Assembly: GCA_013265495.1 (NCBI GenBank)
Contig: MU058045.1
Span: 531,986-595,985 of the forward strand
Reading direction: 5' to 3'
DNA: 64,000 nt
Source: Vicugna vicugna
Lineage: Eukaryota
Position numbers and translations under genes: made by a program. Below are positions 52,501-58,500 of this stretch, piece after piece (the stretch's first letter is position 1; each line of letters starts with the position of its first letter). The notes under the pieces are model-generated. The model saw only the letters and a list, made by a program, of their open reading frames with translations, was not told the origin of the DNA and did no database searches.

Positions 52501-55500
52501 AAGTAAACCTAATTACCTCCCCCCGGAAAACAATTTAAAAACTAAAAATAAATCTAATTACCTCCCTAAAAATAAAAAAGATAAAAATTAAAAAAAAAAT
52601 CCCTTGGAGAGCTACCTATCCCATTTCCAAGTTCTTGGAGGTCAACCTCCATCACTGGGTGCAGGTATTGCTTACTTACTGCATGCTGGATGTTGTGCTA
52701 CAACCTGCATTTATCCTTACAGAGCCCAGATGAGGCTCACTGAGTAAAGCAGGGCAAGGATCTGATCGGGCTACCTCTCCCAGTGGAGACACCAGCAGGA
52801 AAGAGAACTGATGTTTATCATGTGCACTGTTATGTGGCAGGCACTTCATGCGGTGTCAGCCCCCGTTCCTCTTCATGAAAAGGCACAATTACTGTCCGCC
52901 AGTCAGGCGCACACACGGTGTCCCAGAAAAGACTCTTTTTCTTTCCTTCCAGTTTTATTGAGCTATGATTAACACATAGCCCTGCGTAAGTCTAAGATGT
53001 ACAGCATACTGATTTGACTTCCATACATCATGAAACAATGACCATAAATTTAGTGAACATCCATCATTTCATATAGACACCAAAGATTTTCCTTGTGATG
53101 AGAACTCTTAAGATTTACTCTCTTAAAACCTTTCATGTATAACATATAGCAATGTAATTGTATTTATCCTGTGGTTCATTGCATCCCTAGTACTTATTTA
53201 GCTTACAACTGGAAGTTTGTACCTTCTGATCACCTTCAGCCAGTTCCCCCTCCCCATCCCCCTGCCTTTAGTAATCACAAATCTGATTTTTTTTTTGAGG
53301 GGGGAGTTGTTTTGTTTCATTTATTTACTAATTTATTTCTTTAATGGAGGGACTGGGGATTGAACCCAGGACCTCATGCATGCTAAGCACCAGCTCTACC
53401 ACTCAGCCTCCCCCTGATTTCTTTTTTATGAGTTTCTTTGTTCATTTGACATATAACTGACATACAGCACTATGTTAATCACAAGCACACAACATAGTGA
53501 TTCGCTATCTCTAAATGTTACGAGTGATCACCACATGGTCAGTTCTTGACTTCAGATTTGAGTTGTATTCCAGCCTCTACAGAGACCACGGGTGGCAATG
53601 GGTTGAGATAAGGGAGGCTTCTCTAGTGGGCAGAGCTCTTCCCAGGTCCTGTCTCTGGTGTGGGACCTTGAACCTGGGCCTTTTTCTTGAATGGATTCCC
53701 TCTTCCTCTCTGCAACCTCTCCTGGGTTCATTCTAGCTTTTTCTCCCTCTCTCAAGGTCCCACCTTAGGTACGGCCTCTGGCATGGAGCCGTGGTTGGTT
53801 TTGTGCTATCTGGTCCTCTCCTGCCTGCTTTATTATTATGCTACAAGAGGTGTGTCTCCTACTCAGTCTTGAGTTCCACTGCCAAGTAGCTTCCAGGCTC
53901 AAGGAAAGAGTGATGGAGGGAAGGGAAAGAAAACTCACCTCATGAAACATATTTGATCTTGTTTCCTCCTCACAACAACCCTGTAGTGTAGGTGTTACTG
54001 TTCTTACTTTGCACATGAAGAAACCGAGGCTCAAAGAGATGATTTACCCGAGACCATACAGCCACAGCAAGGCGGGCTGGCGATACGAAGCTAGAACAAT
54101 CTGGCCTCAAGCCCCATGTTTGATCCCTGTACTCTGCTCCCTCCCAGGTGGCCGAGAAACTGGAGATGCTGAAGAAACAGTACGATGAGAAGCTGGCACA
54201 GAAGGAGGAGCTTCGCAAGAAGTCGGAGGAGATGGAAGTGAAGCTGGAACGAGCTGGGATGCTGGTGTCGGGGTTGGCTGGCGAGAAGGCCCGATGGGAG
54301 GAGACGGTGAAGGTGAGATCCATTGTACCACCTGGCTTCCTCCCTGCCCACCAGTGCCCAGAGCTCCTATCCTGTTTAGGTTGAGGGGCAGCCGGGGGAC
54401 ATGGGGACACTTGTGGGTAGGGACATCCAAGAATGGGACATGGGAGTTCTTCCCCTCCCCTGCTCGCATTTGGTGAGAATAGCAGAAGGAGAGACTTTCT
54501 GTTGTGTTAAGGATCTGCCTCCATGTTTAGGTAAGGCTGGAAACCAAGCACACATGAGGACCCTTGCATACAAGACTCTGACCAGACAGAAGCTGACATG
54601 GGGCATCTTGTCTCTACCCCGGCTTCACAAGAGGGTTAGGCCTTATCATCAGAATGTAAACACTGCTGTTACAAAAGAGAACTCAAAAGTCATGAGAATA
54701 AGTTAGGGTTCTCAGGGCGCAAGTGTCTAGGAAGGGAAAGACTCTCTGAACTGGTAGTGTCCAGGGGAGAATGTCTTCAGAGTAATCCAAGGGTCTCTGG
54801 TGCTGGGGGCACAGGCAGCATTACACCTCCCCTGCTGTCCCCCAGGGCCTGGAGGAGGATCTGGGCTACCTAGTAGGCGACTGTCTCCTGGCAGCTGCCT
54901 TCCTGTCCTACATGGGACCCTTCCTGACCAACTACCGGGATAAGATCGTCAACCAGATCTGGATCAGGAAGGTGAGGGGGGCTCAGGCGTGATGACTGAG
55001 CTCATGGGCTCTGAGACCAGGGCCTGTGAGTAGCAGAGATGTTGGGAAGGGGCAGGGGTGCTGGGCTCAGATCTCCAGGATGAAGTTTGGGGCTCTTCCC
55101 ACCCAGATCCGGGAGCTGCAGGTTCCTTGCTCACCCCGCTTCACCTTTGATAACTTCCTGTCCAATCCTACCAAAGTTCGAGACTGGAACATCCAAGGGT
55201 TGCCCTCAGATGCCTTCTCCACTGAGAATGGAATCATCGTCACCCGTGGCAACAGGTAAGGATGCTGCTGGGAGCACAAGGCCACGTGAGGGCAGAGCCT
55301 GCCTTCTCACTCACGCTTCCTCCCTCAGGTGGGCACTGATGATTGATCCTCAGGCCCAGGCCCTGAAATGGATCAAGAACATGGAAGGAAGCCAGGTATA
55401 AGACTGGGGAGCTGATTTGTCCCCTTAGATTCTCTCCCCAAGCCTGGCTCTTCCTCAGGTCCTACCTAAGCTGTTTTCCCCCTTGTATCCCTCAGCACTT

Positions 55501-58500
55501 CCATCTTTCCCCGTTGCTCTCTAGGGCCTACAGATCATCGACCTGCAGATGAGCGATTACCTTCGAGTCCTAGAAAAGGCCATCCAGTTTGGATACCCAG
55601 TGCTGCTCCAGAACGTGCAGGAATATCTGGACCCCACACTTAACCCTGTGCTCAACAAATCTGTAGCTCGAATTGGTCAGGGCCCAGTATATTGTGGGGT
55701 TGGGCTGTGGGACAAATCCTAGAGACCAGCTAAGTTAGGACACTTGGGAGGAAAGCCACTTGTTTGGTTGTGTCCTCTACTTAACTGTCCCAGCATTCAG
55801 ACAGCCCTGGACTGGGGCCATTGGGGCAGGGTGAGCTATTGCCACTGGATTCTGGTTGGGGAACAACAGGTCAGCCCACACCTGGTCACATGAGGTCCTT
55901 GTCCTTGACCCTTCTGTGGGTGCAGGTGGTAGGCTGCTGATGCGCATTGGAGATAAGGAGGTGGAATACAATACCAGTTTCCGTTTCTACATCACCACCA
56001 AGCTCTCCAACCCCCACTACAGCCCGGAAACCTCAGCCAAGACCACCATTGTCAACTTTGCTGTCAAAGAACAGGTGGCTTGGGGCTGGTGCCTGGACTG
56101 AACTAGGGTGAAGTGGGAAGGGCTGTACTGAGAAAAAGGCTCCGATTGTGTCTGGCAGGAGGTGATTCGGGCTTGGGAGGTGTAATGGGATAAAAAGGGT
56201 AAAGGTCACTGGAGTGAGATTCTCACCACAAGTCATAATCTCAGGGCCTGGAGGCCCAACTTCTGGGCATTGTGGTCCGGAAGGAGAGGCCTGAGTTGGA
56301 GGAGCAGAAGGACTCACTGGTCATCAATATCGCTGCTGGCAAGAGGAAGCTCAAGGAGCTGGAGGATGAGATCCTTCGGTAAGACCCTGCTTGCCCCCGC
56401 CCCACCCTGCAAGGCTGCTTGCAGGCAAGACTGGCATTCGAGGGGGCTGATGAGGAGTTACCCCCACCCCCAGCCCAGTACCCCTAGCCCCTCGATCCAC
56501 GTGCCTCTTGGCTTCCCTCCAGGCTGCTGAACGAGGCCACAGGCTCCCTGCTAGACGACGTGCAGCTGGTGAACACGCTGCGGACCTCCAAGATAACCGC
56601 CACTGAGGTGACAGAGCAGCTGGAGACCAGTGAAACCACGGAGATCAATATTGACGTGGCCCGCGAGGTGAACTCCAGCGCCCTCCGGCCCAGCCCCCTC
56701 TCTCCCGGAGCCCCGCCCCCGATCGTGACCCCGCCCCTCCGTGGCCCTGACCCCGCCCTCCGGCCCGGACTCCGCCCCCTCCGCAGGCTTACCGCCCGTG
56801 CGCCCAGCGGGCCTCGGTGCTGTTCTTCGTGCTCAACGACATGGGCCGCATCGATCCCATGTACCAGTTCTCGCTGGATGCCTACATCAGCCTCTTTATC
56901 CTCAGCATCGACAAGAGCCATCGCAGCAACAAGCTGGAGGATCGCATCGACTACCTGAATGAGTACCACACCTACGCTGTCTACAGGTCTGGGCGCCCTC
57001 GGCGGGAGGCCCGGTGGCTCTAACGCTGACCCTTCTTTCTACTTATGCGCTGTGCTGTCCCATGCCACCATACCTGGTCCCCTGCTCTTCTCCTCTCCAT
57101 ATACCTCCCCTGGGGAGCGTCCATCTCAGGGTCTAACCATCACACCTGGGCTGAAGAGTCCGGGGTTCAGAGTGTCTTACCTGTAGGTCTCCTTTGAGCG
57201 TTAGCCTTGTGTCTGTTACACCAGCGTTTCTCAAATGGTAAAGCGCCCACAGACTGGGACTCTTGTTAAAATGCAAATAAGGATTCAGTAGATCTGGGCT
57301 GGGGCCCGAGGTCTTGCTTTTCTCACAAGCGCCCAGGTGAAGCTGCTGCTCCTGGTTTGTGGTTCACGCTTTGAGTAGCAAGTGTGCTCTCTTCCTGGAC
57401 ATCCCACAGACCTCTCACATTCAGCTTGTTTCAGATCAAGCTCCTTAGCTTCCCTCTTCCTTTGGGGTCCGCACCCCGAGTGGCACCAACACCTGCTTCC
57501 CAGGCATCCGAGCCAGAAGCTGGGGGATAATCTGGATGCTTCCCAGTCCCTCACCCCTCAGATCAGTCACTAGGTTTTGCTTACGAATCCTTCTGCAAAC
57601 TGGTCCCCTGCCTGGGCCTCCCCACTGCCATGTCTGCACTTCAGTTCAGGCCTCCACGATCTTCCTTTCTGAATTGCCCAAGAGGCCCTGAACAGGTTGT
57701 TCTGCCTCCATTTTTGTCCCTCTCCTATCTGCCCCACTGCAGCTGCCCGTGTGAGCCTTTCAAACACACAGATCTGACCATGCCACCCCCAGCTTACACT
57801 CTTTGGTGGTTGTGTCCTGTGGCCACCAAGTCCACTGAGTCTTGGCCGCCACCTGCCTCCCAGCCTCACTTTTCCCCTGCTTATGCTGGATGCCTGAGCA
57901 TCCGGACTGGCCGGCACACAGTGCTTTTCTTCCCCCAACCCCCTGCTTTGCTCCTGCTCTGAGCTCTCCCTGTGTCCTCCCCTCTCCTCCTCTTCCACAT
58001 CACTCGGTAACTCTGTGCACCTCGGGGCAGTTCCTCTCCACCCTTGTATAGGACTCAGCACATCATATCACAATCACTGCCTCTTACCTGTCCTCACTCT
58101 GCCTGATTTCCTCCAGGACATAAACTGTTCATTCATCTTTGTGTCTTCAGGACCTGGCTGAGTACCTGGCATGTAGTGCAGGTCCAACCAATGATGAGGA
58201 AACTCTGGGAAAATCATGTCCTCTCTCTGGTTCACTGAATGCTAGGCTGTTTATAGGAGGTTTGGATCAGAAGCTGATTAAGGTCCTCCTCCTGTGTAAG
58301 GCTGTGTCATTGTATGATCTTCACTCCGTAAGCATGCATGCTGAGTGTCCTGCCTCCCACCACCCCACTCCCTGTCCCCTCCCAGGTACACCTGCCGCAC
58401 CCTTTTTGAGCGCCACAAGCTGCTATTCAGTTTTCAGATGTGTGCCAAAATTCTGGAGACTTCTGGCAAACTCAACATGGATGAATACAACTTCTTCCTA

